Part shown: positions 24,925-43,576 of the stretch, in pieces
Layout: every line of letters starts with the position of its first letter
How positions within the stretch are numbered: position 1 is the first letter of the stretch
Assembly: GCA_036172245.1 (NCBI GenBank)
Contig: JAYWIR010000034.1
Location: forward strand, 2,108,001 to 2,172,000
Length of the DNA stretch: 64,000 nucleotides
Direction: 5' to 3'
From: Raillietiella orientalis
Lineage: Eukaryota
Program-made: the position numbers and the translations under genes
The notes under the pieces: model-generated
Told to the model about the DNA's origin: nothing
The model's database searches: none
Seen by the model: only the letters and a program-made list of their open reading frames with translations

Positions 24925-27536
24925 GGAAATATCATTACTTTTGCTTGGAGGGAGCACATAAGCAAAAACACAGAGAAAATTTCATGTATGCTCAATAAAC
25001 ATGGAAAATAGAAACTGTACGGTAACCCTGTTCCTAATGCACTCTGATTCTTAATTTTAATAAAAAAATAAAAAAAAATAATGACTACTACAAACTATCG
25101 AAATATGTTTGCGTCGCACTAGAGATAACATTACATTCACTAGTACAATAACAACTTTTGCTTCCTAAATCACAATATCTGTTTTTACACATTCTTTGCG
25201 AATATCTGATTTTTCAATGATTTTCCTGTCTTGAGGTTAAATGATGAATTTAAAAGACTGTATTAAGTATATCGTTCCTTTCCTTAAAATATCAAGACTT
25301 CAAGTGATTACAGCTTCCTAAAACGTCTACTGTTTCAGATTCCTCACAGACAGTTAAGTTCCTATATCCATATTTGTAAAATTTCACAGATTAAACAATT
25401 TCTATCTGAACAAATGTACCACTTCTAAAAACAAAAAAAAAACAACAAAAAAAATGTTTATTCAAAACTGCCAACGTTATGTATTGCCATCATTATTAGA
25501 ACACATTTAATAGGAAGAGAGCTTTTACAAAACTGTAGCATGAAATACAAAAAGACGACCAGAAATCTGATATTATTTTTAGAAAGAAATGAAGAATTTC
25601 GAGACAATTACTTTTAGCTCGGTATGCCAAAATTTAAGACTGCTGAATCTTTCTTATCGATGCTGATAACTATTATGTCTATTAGTCAAGCAGGGAACAG
25701 TAAAAGAATTTGTAATACACAGCTTCGTCTGTAAAAAGAAAATTCATGGTACATTATCCAGTGTTTTTTTTATTCATAAAGAAAAAATAAAAATTATGTT
25801 ATATTCAGTTTAACAATCGAGGTAAGCTTCATTCATCAGATAAACAAAATGATATCAATAAAAGTTACCAAATTCAGAGTCCATTCTAAGATTATATATT
25901 TTTGGTCTTTCATTAAGTGTTTTTGTTTTCTGACAGAAAATGAATTTTTTGAAGTGATTTTATCGAAAGATATGTACTATGATATTCAAAATTTCGGATC
26001 TAGCTTCTGGTAATGACTGTCCTCATAGTATTCTGTATTAACTTAGCTGTAAAAGATCCTTTTAAATAACTACTTTAGAAAATATAAATTGCGGAGTCCA
26101 AAAGATTCTTCATGTAGAGCGTGCAGCTGCTACAGCAATGAAAATATCTAAGCACTGTATTCAACCAAAAATAAACAAAAACAGTGATATCATTCCCTTT
26201 TATGTATCCTAATAGGAGCTCAAATTTCATCGCAGTGTACTTAAATCTCGGCTTGTAAATACCATTTCAAGGGATAATGACTTCAAAACAATTGAAGCAT
26301 TTTTTTTCAAATCTCTATACGAATAAATTTGCTTTGCGGTGACTCATTATGTCAATGAAATATTCTTTGTCTTTATTTTCTTGATTTACTTATTCAGATT
26401 ACGATGCACAGATTGAAAACCTGAAAATTCAAGTTGCGATGAGATCCTGTATTCTTGTATAAGAGTACTGTTTGTTTCATATTGCAGTGCTACCGTTCAC
26501 AGTTTATGGTGAAATTCTATTTTCCTCACGAAACCTTATTACTGCCTCTGAAATCACGATCATGATTCAAATATTTTTAGTTCTTAAAGACATCACTTTG
26601 GAAGTCTGAATCATTTATAATTCAGTCAGTACAAAACAATGAAAGAATTGTAATTTCATGTTTGAAACTATTGTTTCCTTTTTTCTGATGTTTGTTAAGT
26701 GCTTTTATATTTTTTTATGCAGTCTAATATTGCTTATTGTGATATTTGTGCAAGCTTGACAGCAATCTTTAAAAATGGGATAAATGAAGTATTCGTGATA
26801 TGGGAACAATGCACATGTTTTCTATTTTGTATTGTCACATTACAGTGTTTATTTTCCGTAGTTTTTTATAAAAAATAAAAAAAGAAATATTTTATAAAGA
26901 CAACAAAGAAACAATCTCATGATGTGCGTAAAAAGGATGATCTAGTAGTAAATTCAGTTTATGATCTATTTTTAGAACTGGAATCTCTGCAGATTGTTAA
27001 AAGTCTTATTATTACCATCAATGTTTGTAGTGACAACTATTAGACTGCACAAAATTATAAACCAATTTTGAAAAAGAGAAGTCAATCTTTTTTTTATTGT
27101 TTAAGCACATGCCTCAAGCCGAACTGAATTCAGGGACCTCTCAAAAACTGTGACCAAACTACGGAAAGATTGCAACAGAATAAATCCCGCCTCACAAAGT
27201 TAACCCCCGAATTTCAGAATACAGACGAGTAAGACAGATAGACTTTATTTATGCATTGCTTCAGAAATATAATAAAGTTGGATGAAATTTAGTATTATCT
27301 AGCCAAGATAATTAAATATATTATTACATGTATATATAAATGAATAGAATACCAGATCATATAAGCTTATACGTTTCTCATGTTTCATGGAATTTTTTAA
27401 ATTAAAACCATTTTTTGAGTCTTTTGAGCACACTTAAGCAAATTAGTGCAGCATGTGTGTATTACGGTACAGACTAAATTTAAGTATCGGCGTATAGCAG
27501 GGCGCACGGCATTCGTGTGCAAACTTGTATGAAGCC

Positions 27537-30500
27537 ATGATAATTCTTAATAAAGTTATTAAAATATCTTCATTCATTATTAGATGCAGAAGCCATTTGT
27601 TGAGTTCTACATACGCTTTGCCTCCTTTTAAGTATGCCCGAAATTATAAGAACCAAGTTGCTATAGAAGATGAATTTGGAGAACATACTTATACATTAAT
27701 ACACAAACGAAGCCAGGTCGTGGCTAGCCGCATTAAATCCTTAACAGAAGATTCAGAAAGCCAAAATACACAAAAAAGGATAGCTATTTTTTGTCCCAAC
27801 AACGTTGGTTTTGTTGTCTCACTGTTTGGAATATGGATGTTAGGTCATACGGGTTAGTTCCTAAATTTGTAAATATAGTTTTAACGTTACTTAAAAGTGG
27901 TCACATACATGCCTCGTGCTTTTCTATGTTTCTGTTTAGAATGTGCTAATCCTTTTTTAGCGGTACCCTTATCATCCCTACATCCCAAAGCATTACTGGA
28001 ATATTACTTGAAAAAAGCAGAAGTGAATGCTGTTGTGTATTCAGAAACGCTGCGTGAAAATATTGAAGCTGTATGTGATGGTTGTACAAAAATATGTCTT
28101 GAACAAATTGAAACTAGTACTTTTAATGTTGACACTATCGAACATATAGAGCAAGATGATCACTTCTACACAAATAAGAAGCATGATGCATTGATTTTGT
28201 TCACAAGTGGGTCAACTGGTCAGCCCAAAGGTATAGCAATGTCAACATTCATAATGGACATTCAATGTTTTTCAGCATACAAATTTGCAAAAAATCTATT
28301 GTTGTACCGGTAATCAAATTTTTCAGGTGTCTTATGATGTAAGTCTACTGTTTGAACTTCCTGTTTTGTTTTGTTTTCTGATAATCCTTAGGTTTATCAT
28401 AATTTAATTTTTAGTGACCTACTCACTTGAGAACTCAAACATTCCTGTTGGCAATTCCCAAGAATTAATTGCTGTTTCAGTCTATTATTTCAGTGCTACT
28501 GCAAAGATACAATTTCAATGCTTTCAATGCTTTTATAAAAATGGAATTTTAAGAATATCATATGAATTTCAAACGTTGATGTGTCTGTGTTTTGTCTTTG
28601 TAAAGGGGTCACCTTGACATTTCACAATCTTCAGGCACAAGTGAATTGTTTATTGAAAGCATGGGCCTGGAATGAAGCAGATATCCTGTTACATAGCCTG
28701 CCATTATACCACTCCCATGGTCTTATTAATGGGTTGCTGTGTTGCCTAACAATAGGAGCTAGGTGAAGTATTATAACTTTAGTTCTTCTATCATGTTTCT
28801 GTCTTTCTTGAAACTTCATTTTTCATGGAGAAAGATGAACACTTCGTGGTTTATGATGACTGTGTGATTTAAGAGGCATATTCACTTTAGAATTCATGAT
28901 TTTCTTGCCTTAATATACCACGAAATGCATGCTCTTCATTGGAAACTGAAATTGGAATAACATATATGTATTATGTTCATTCAATTCACTAGTATTGAAA
29001 GTCAATTTCAAACATTCAGATTTCAAACATTTCGGCTGCATGTAATTTGCTGTGGGAATTTGATCCCTGCTTTATGCAGTATTTGGATAATATATGTATA
29101 TTCGTGTTTATATAATTTGTATGCATTTTTTTGCAACAGATTTCGTGTTTCACTTGCAGCATAATAAAAGGCTGTCAGAAAAAGTTGAATAATTTTTATT
29201 TATTCCAATTTCATGCAATACTTGTCATTTAGCTGATCAAAAATTGAATTAAATGTTGCGTATTATCAGGTATTTGTGCATGCATATCATTGTGCCAGGA
29301 TAATTGTAAATCATTGCATTAACAAGGGTTGATAATGTTTAATAATTTTACAGAGATGTAGAATCTTTTAATATTCTTTGCACTTTTAGATGCATTATGA
29401 TCCCTAAGTTTAATGCAGCATTAATTTGGGAAACATTCGTAAAGGGTTACCCTACTTTGTTTATGGGTGTGCCAACAATGTATGCTAAACTTATTGATTT
29501 TTATAAAAAAAATCTTTCCACATATGAAGACATGGTGCATCAAATCAAAGATATCTGCAGTTACCAAATGAGGTGAATTACTGCATAAGCAATGTCGATT
29601 ATCAGCATTATTCAGTATTAAAGATTGATGATTAGTGGTTCTGCCCCACTTCCTGAGCCATTTTTCCAGGAATGGCAAAACATAACTAACCATAGGTTAG
29701 TGGAGCGTTATGGAATGACTGAGACTGGTATGATACTGTCTAATCCCTTGAAAGGAGAACGTCGTGCAGGTATCTTCTTTACATTTTAGTGTCTTAGATA
29801 AAGTGTCTCAGGTTTTGTTGGAACTCCATTACCATGGGTTCATGTTCGTATTGTCGAATGGGATATGCACAGACATAACTTCCGAGTGCTTGTGGAAAGC
29901 AACATGTACACCAATACAGTAGTACAAACATCAGAAGATGGATCCTTGGAAGGAGAACTAATTGTGAAAAGTCCTGGTGTCTTTCATAGGTATTGGGGAG
30001 AAGACTCTGCTAAAAAAGACTACTTCACATTTGATGGGTGGTTTTGTACAGGTATTTGCTAGTTTGCTATTTTCTTTTGTTTAAGCCATTACACTTCAAT
30101 TTTTGTATACACCTCGAGCATTCAGTTAGCAAACTTCAAATCTGTTTACTGCTGAAATTTCATTTTGCTTTATGCAGCATTTGCATTGACTTAAATGCAA
30201 TCTTCCTTGTCTAGATCCCCAAGCCACATCCATCATTCGTCTTTTAAGTTTACAACTTCATTTGCCCCATGAGCAGAAGTTTTGAAATTTTTTTTCGTTT
30301 TGTTAAAGTATGCTTTTAAACTGTTTTCTGTATGATGAGGCGTTGGGAGGTTACTAAGTGTTGCACAAGTGTTTTTTTATTTTTTAAAAGCTAATCACAA
30401 GGTTTTTTTCTTTCATAAACACTGTTGAGTTGTTCCCAAATCAGAGATTTCCTGAATACAAAATTAAGGAATACAAAGAATCAGTTCTGGTCTTGATTGT

Positions 30501-31413
30501 AATTGTAACAAGGTCTGATCTTTTTTAGTCAAGTGATATTTTCAAATATTTAATAAACTAGCGAAATGAGAGTGACTGTAGAAATTAGTGATATTAAGCA
30601 ACCTGATGTCTTGTTCTGTGAGTCTGTTCATTGTTGATTTTTGCTTCTAATGCCTTGCAGTTTGAGCTTTTGTTTCATTCAAGTCATTACATACATCCAA
30701 GTCATTAACATAACTTTACACTTTACATGTTGGTAAGCTGGAAATTTTTTTTAAATACTTAAATTTCTAGTAAAATTTGTGTATCTATGTACACAAGTTT
30801 TGGTACAAATTATACCATAGTTTGGTCATTACCGCGGAATCAGACTGAGTTCGGTTCTTGTGTAGTTTAAAATAAAAACACACACATAAACATGCTTTTC
30901 TGTAAGATCAACACGCCAATCAAGTCTTGATTTTAAGATTTCCAGCTACAGCTTCAAGCAAGTTGACGATTTAGTTTATTGAAAATAATTATTATAATAT
31001 ATAGGTGATAAGGTGAGGTACGAAAATGGCCTGTACAAAATTCTTGGAAGATTCTCTGTAGATATAATTAAAAGTGGAGGTTACAAACTGAGTGCCATTG
31101 AGATTGAAAAATGGTTATTGTTGCATCCTAACGTTAGAGATGCTTGTATAGTTGGAGTATCAGATTTGACATGGGGGCAAAAGGTAAAAATGCATGTACA
31201 AATGTCGTGCCTAAAATAAGTTTATATTTCCTTGAGGTTGTGGCACTTATTGAGCCTGTTTCTGATAACATAGATGTAGAAGAGCTGAAAACATGGTTGG
31301 CCCAGTTCCTGCCATATTATGCTCTACCTGCAAAGTATAAAATTGTGACTTCACTTCCACGTAATGCAATGGGCAAAATCAACAAAAAGGAGATTGTATC
31401 AATGTTTTTATAG
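27537..31413 (+). CDS. ACSF3: Malonate-CoA ligase / acyl-CoA synthetase family member 3 (exons 27537-27852, 27961-28230, 28606-28762, 29390-29572, 29624-29769, 29812-30051, 31005-31183, 31237-31413; an alternative ATG at 27453 is possible)
   Basis: AMP-binding motif [14 protein letters not shown], plus [41 protein letters not shown] (ERYGMTE is typical of MatB/ACSF3), [30 protein letters not shown] and [12 protein letters not shown]. Confidence 0.94.
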
Positions 31414-31456
31414 TATATACCTATGCATTAGCAAAAAAAAGAAAAAAAGAAAAAAA

Positions 31457-31470
31457 AATAAATTTTTATT
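31457..31470. terminator. Back-to-back poly(A) signals (AATAAA on + at 31457-31462; AATAAA on - at 31465-31470)
   Basis: aataaatttttatt lies between the convergent ACSF3 and TENT4 stop codons. Confidence 0.65.
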
Positions 31471-31505
31471 TTCATATTTGCACCTTTATTATGTGAGGCA
31501 AGTTC

Positions 31506-38176
<6,671 letters not shown>

Positions 38177-38849
38177 GTATTCAGAAGCATGAGACACATT
38201 AAGCCTATTCTATAAACATTGTAACCTCAATTTAGTATCAATAAAATTCATTAAAAAGCTTCCATGTTCGTAGAACCTGGAAAAACATTGGGAAAGCTTA
38301 AATTTTTATCAGTCAGATTTTCATTCTATGATCTGAGCCATATACAAAATAACATTACAATAAAAAGAATATAAACTTTTTGTAAAGCATTTGTGCATTC
38401 ATCACCCACTTTTACAAACAGACCAATACTGAAAATGATTAATCGCAATACTTATTTCGGCGTCTTCTATCCGTAAATCGGCGCCTCAATTTATTGAGCA
38501 AAGACTCAATCAAGAGTTGCGACTTCGAAACGATTGCAATGATCCAAGGTGTTAATAAATGATTTTCTTGAAATCCCCTATCAACTTTGATATACATCAG
38601 TCAGTGTTTCCTACTCTCAATACCTTCAATACCATGAGAACACGAACAGCAAGACTGCAATAAGCAAACCATTACTATTAATTTGCACCGGGCCAGCGCT
38701 TTGCTTTCATTTCGTCTAACAATTCAAATATGTGCCTGCTCAAAAGTATGTCATTTGACTAGTACGAATACCACCACACACGGCAAATTCTCAAAATTCA
38801 TAATAGAACATCCTATAAAATCGAAACGAATACATGCATGGGGGCGATG

Positions 38850-39520
38850 AACCAAAGGCTGTGGCGTTTCCCACTGGCTTAACGGGTGCCATAATTCTCT
38901 GGATTATGAAATATGAAGACTTTAGCAAGTGCACTCTACATTCCACAGTCATGAGCGAACTGGAACTTTTGAGGTTTCACGCTGTTTTCCGTGGGTGTTC
39001 TCTTCGATCTTGGCCCGCTCCCTTTGAATTCTCAGCTCTAGCAAGCATTGGAGCAAGGGGTCCTCCATCATGCCGAATAGGGGACGTACTTTATTTGCAA
39101 AACCAACATAGGCAAAAGGCAACAGCTTACTTCACACACACAGTGGTCTGTCCCTTCCCCAACTGGGGAGTTCCTGCTGCAGGCGCAAGTCGCACTCCTG
39201 GCAGGGTTGCAAGCACACCCGAATGCAAGGTGCCCAGGTCGAATGAAACGAAACACAAATTCTTGCATCCAGTTTGCAGGAATTGCAACGCACGAGTCTA
39301 AATTGACATGCCTATGTGTAAATTTCTCTGAAAAAGGCACATGCGTGCGAACAGAACTGAAGCCATTCATTTGTTGAAAGAATGCCTCATTGAGTAGATG
39401 GTTTCTTCCCATTGAAAACACATCCAGATAGAAGTGTGCATTTTCAAACAAGTTCACTTGAAAACGAAAAGAAAAAAAAAAAAGAAGAAGCATATCAGTT
39501 GAAAACGTGAACCAATGCAT
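38850..39520 (-). other. Possible exons of an uncharacterised minus-strand gene upstream of TENT4
   Basis: Pyrimidine-rich acceptor near 39.46 kb, a 42-nt GTAAGC...AAG intron-like segment near 39.09-39.13 kb, and protein-like frames (e.g. MMEDPLLQCLLELRIQRERAKIEE). No family recognised. Confidence 0.2.
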
Positions 39521-40693
39521 ATCCAGGAAAAGCTATGCAAGCGACTGTTTCGATACATAGAGTACCCAAGTGTTCATTTTGCCTTTGAAAACAATATTAA
39601 CGAGTTCACAGCATAGTTTTCTTACAAGTCTGATCTTTCTAGGACGTGCTCGAAAATTTGCTTCCAAACCAAGTTTGAAAGAAAGAGGTGCAGCAATTCA
39701 TAAGAAACTCAAATGAAAAGTCATTTTAACAAAAGTGAAGAAGGGAAAAAAAAAACGTATTTATTAGTTCCCGACAAAGTTAATAAAAGCTGGAATACGT
39801 TTTAAAATTGCCCCAAATGTGCCCAAGGAACATAATTATTGGAGTACAAAGAGCACTGGTATCAAACATTTAGCACAGAGTACTGACTCCAACATATACA
39901 AATGTGCAATCTCAGATACAGATAATCTGGATCCTCAAAACCTTCTATTCTCAAAGCTGATATTTTTCAACCTTCAAATGTGCTTTTCAGTTTGGCAAGG
40001 GTTTTTATTTTCCATCACCAGTTGCATACAGTATGACAAATTCATGACACATTTCTACTGTTCCGCGTTCGTTGTGAGAAAGAAACTCTTGTCAAATACT
40101 CATTATCAAAAATATTCTTGTAAATGTAGACTACAGATGGTGGATCAGAGCTGATCAGAAGAGAATTTTTGAAACGCATCATTCGACTGTATAAGAATTT
40201 CTTGAGCATTAGTTGCAGTTTACTTCATTTTCACAGAATTACGCATAATTCTGATCCAGCAAAATGCATATGTGCTTTCAAGATCTATCAAGGCATATTA
40301 GTTTTTCTTAGTTTAACTTGCAACACGTGTAATCATTCGAATCTATTAGTTAATCTATCAACTGCTAAATGAAAAGAAAATACCACTTATATGGGATTGC
40401 ATCAGAGGACAGCCGTGTCAGTTCAGAGTCAGCACATATAAGACTTTGCTATAAAAATGCAGAAAGATTCCCTACGTGCTTTAATGTGTTTGGCTTTGTA
40501 AGTATCTTTCTGTTTGAAGATCATTTTCATGCTGATCAAACCAGATCGATCACACTAGTTGAAGTGAGCAAACAAATTCGTTCTCCAGCTTGATCTCTCT
40601 AATTAGATGTAGCTGTCAATTCGTCGTTACGTACAAGAAGTAAAGGTTGACGTGTGACGTTTGATTCAATATTCTTGGTTTCACAGCATCGGA

Positions 40694-41400
40694 GGCCGTG
40701 TGGTTACGGTGGTCGCGCGTGAACTCGAGGTAACTGCGTCGTGGGTTCCGAGTTCACCACAAAAGATGACGCTGGATGGCCTACATTCATCCAGGTGTGG
40801 CACTGGTAGCAGTTCAAACCGGATGCCCCCGATGAGGGCCGGGACAAATGGGAGTCGATCTCTGGGTCCTTCCAGGGATCAAGGAGTGGGGAGTTTCCCC
40901 ACCGGTTGTGAAGGAGCGGACCCCCATTCTGAAGGGACCCACCGCTTCGTACTGATGGAGTAGGTGTGTCGCCACTACCTATCCAGAGTTTGGAGAAGCG
41001 AGCCGATCCTTTTGGGGAAGCTGTGCTTCTGAATTTCGGAAGTGTTCCTTCTGGGTTCTCTTCAGAGGAGTAAACAGGAGTGGATCCCTTTCTGGGAATC
41101 CCTTCGGAGAAGAAATTCCAGGATCGGATCTTCTCCGGGTTCCCTTCAGAGAAGAAAAAATGAAGCGGACCCTCCCGGGGGTCCTCCGGAGAGAATAAGG
41201 AAGGAGGATTCCCCTTCGTAGACAACCAGGGTGGAGGTGATCTCCATTTCCGGGGATCCCTCCCCAGGAGTGAGAGGAACGGATTCCGAGTCCTTCCTGG
41301 ATTCATAGGGAGGATCCCTCCCGGGGTACCTCCTATCTTGAAGAATTACCCACTCTCGGGTGGCATGGAACCGTGTCGAGGGATTTCCATCATCCTAAGG
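40694..41400 (+). mobile_element. Copy 1 of a ~700-nt tRNA-headed interspersed repeat (SINE-like)
   Basis: Starts GGCCGTGTGG (tRNA-like 5' end), with A-box-like TGGTTACGGTGG and B-box-like GGTTCCGAGTTC (40744-40755). Shares collinear homologous blocks with 46202-46885. Confidence 0.65.
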
Positions 41401-43550
41401 TCAATATTCTCGTTTCACCTATGTGATACGATCTACTGCATTACTGTGTTTCAGAGGAGTTGTCTGAAAGGAAGCCACGTTTCCTGCTTTCCAATATATG
41501 GTTTGCCAGGTGGGAAACAACATGAGATTAAGAAGATGATCATTCGTAGAAAGATGGAATGTGGAAATCACGGGTAGAAATCAATTTACCCTATGGATAC
41601 GTAGCAATATGCTGCATCAAGAATACATTAGTTGTGTTGTCTCTGCACTGAACCTATCGAGGGGTATTGGAACACTAGCTAAGAAGAGGTTAAACATCAG
41701 ACTGATGGTTCCGACTTCTGGAAAAATGGGAAAGCAACCTTTCGAAAAAATAAACCTATGTAAAAGTCTTCTGTGTCTTCGATTTAAAAAGAATGCCACA
41801 GTAGATTCCTTTGAAGACAAAAATCTTTTGATGATTCAGATTTTTACGAATTTCAAGGATGACGATATTATCCCTACAAATCTCAGTATAATTGCGAAAC
41901 ATAAAGAGTGTTTTTGAAAAAAAAAAAAATTATATAAATTCATATGATATAAATTCTGGTGTCCGGCATAGCTAATCGTATAACGCAAAAGTCCGTGTTT
42001 AAGGAAAGTGCTACAATTATCCGAGTTCTGCATGAAGGCGTTCAGAACAATTTATAAGAGAGATAGAGATAAGGGGCAGAGAATCACTGCAATTGTGGTG
42101 GAAATGTGGATAAATTGCAAAAAAAAAAAAAAAAATACAAAAGCATGATGTCTGGAGACTTTACACAGCACTCTCAACGAAGAAACGTTCCACCGACGTA
42201 CTGAAGTCCTTTTGAGGGATAAGTTCCTTGAAGATGCAAGAATTCGGAAATGCAAGCTTCCAGCCTCTCCAGAAAAAGACAGCTTTTTAAGACAGAGCTA
42301 CAAACAAACAGTGTACATCCACAAGAGGAAAAGTGGAACTACCGAACGTTGCCTGTTTGGCGAGTTGTTCTTTACTTTTTGTATGTTATTTCATAGACTC
42401 TGCAAGAACGCATCGGCCAGATGAAATCACGAATTCATCCTTGGTGTTTACAGCTACTTTTCTTCATACTGTGAGCTGCTGCTTTCGAGGAAAAATTTGA
42501 TTTTTTAGTGCGACCATATCAACTGATGAGTAGTGTAGTTGCAACTTGATAGTAATCCAATGCCTCGTAGTAGTCGATCTAAAACTTATGTGTGCCAAAG
42601 ATTTAAAAAAAAAAAAAAAGACATTTTTGTTTTCCAGCTGACATAAGATTTTGTTGTTCAGAATTACGAGACGTACATTCATTTAAACAGTATGTAACTT
42701 ACAGTAATTTTACAAGATGCGGAACTTTTACCGTAAGGTCATGATGGGTATTTTTGAAGAAATCTGCACCTTTTACATCAACTGGTATGCCGGTTTGCTG
42801 ATATTCATATAATTGTACCATGCAATATAAATGCATCTTTAATATTTTACTGTGTACATTAATGGGACAGCTGTAAACCATTGAGCACAAGGAAGTCCAC
42901 GTGGAAGCCACAGAGGAAGTTCGTTCTTCTGGGTCAGTCAAAAAGCTCGCACTGATAAGAGAAGTCCTCTATTCTCTAATCACATCCTGACCTCGTTCTT
43001 CCGTTAGGACTGGTTTATCATTTAAAAGGTTGTTAACAGTTTGTTCGTATTTTAAGTGACACCTCGTGTTCCTACTTATGCGAATGGGCAAAAGTGTCCA
43101 TATTTTCAAGAATTTCAAAAGTGAGACGTCCGATTCTGAAGTGTACATTCCAGATCGTTGGTACACCAGGATAATGGACCTTTCTTTATTGAGAGGAAGC
43201 TGAGAGTGCTGAGAGTTCGATGTCACTCAAGGCATTCTGTGGTGAGCACTAAAGATGAATCACAACATTTATTTACAAGGAAAGCTTATTTAATTTTTTC
43301 GGGTTCTCTCGAAAAAGAGAAAATCATCTTGAATCGGTTAGCTGAACGAGAAAATTCTCTTTCGACCGATCTTTTCGTGATTCCCTCGTTCGGAGAAATC
43401 TGCCAGCAGTAGATTTTTCCAAATGCGAAGGAAATTGACTGAAGAACTCCTCCAGCCATCTTACAAAAATGCTCTTACAGATTGGGAGTGAAAAGAAGTA
43501 TGGGGAAAATGTCTAAGCTGAAAGTATAATGGCGTTGCTCATTTTTCGAA

Positions 43551-43576
43551 ACACACACACACAAACACACACACAC
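43551..43576. repeat. (AC)n microsatellite
   Basis: Read directly from the sequence. Confidence 0.9.

Noticed and set aside
27110..27180. Short similarity (tagtttggtca...ctgaRttc) to 30815-30860, possibly an old SINE remnant
   Set aside because: Only ~11 nt of identity, which cannot be distinguished from chance.
2306..31413. Functional metabolite-repair cluster (L2HGDH plus ACSF3)
   Set aside because: The genes are 23 kb apart, on opposite strands, and separated by unrelated genes.
41040..41300. CRISPR array
   Set aside because: Units are degenerate, lack unique fixed-length spacers, have no cas genes nearby, and the context is eukaryotic.
40704..41306. 200-aa minus ORF (and the 191-aa ORF at 46208-46783) as proteins
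   Set aside because: These are low-complexity translations of the GC-rich repeat, and the frames are not conserved between the copies.
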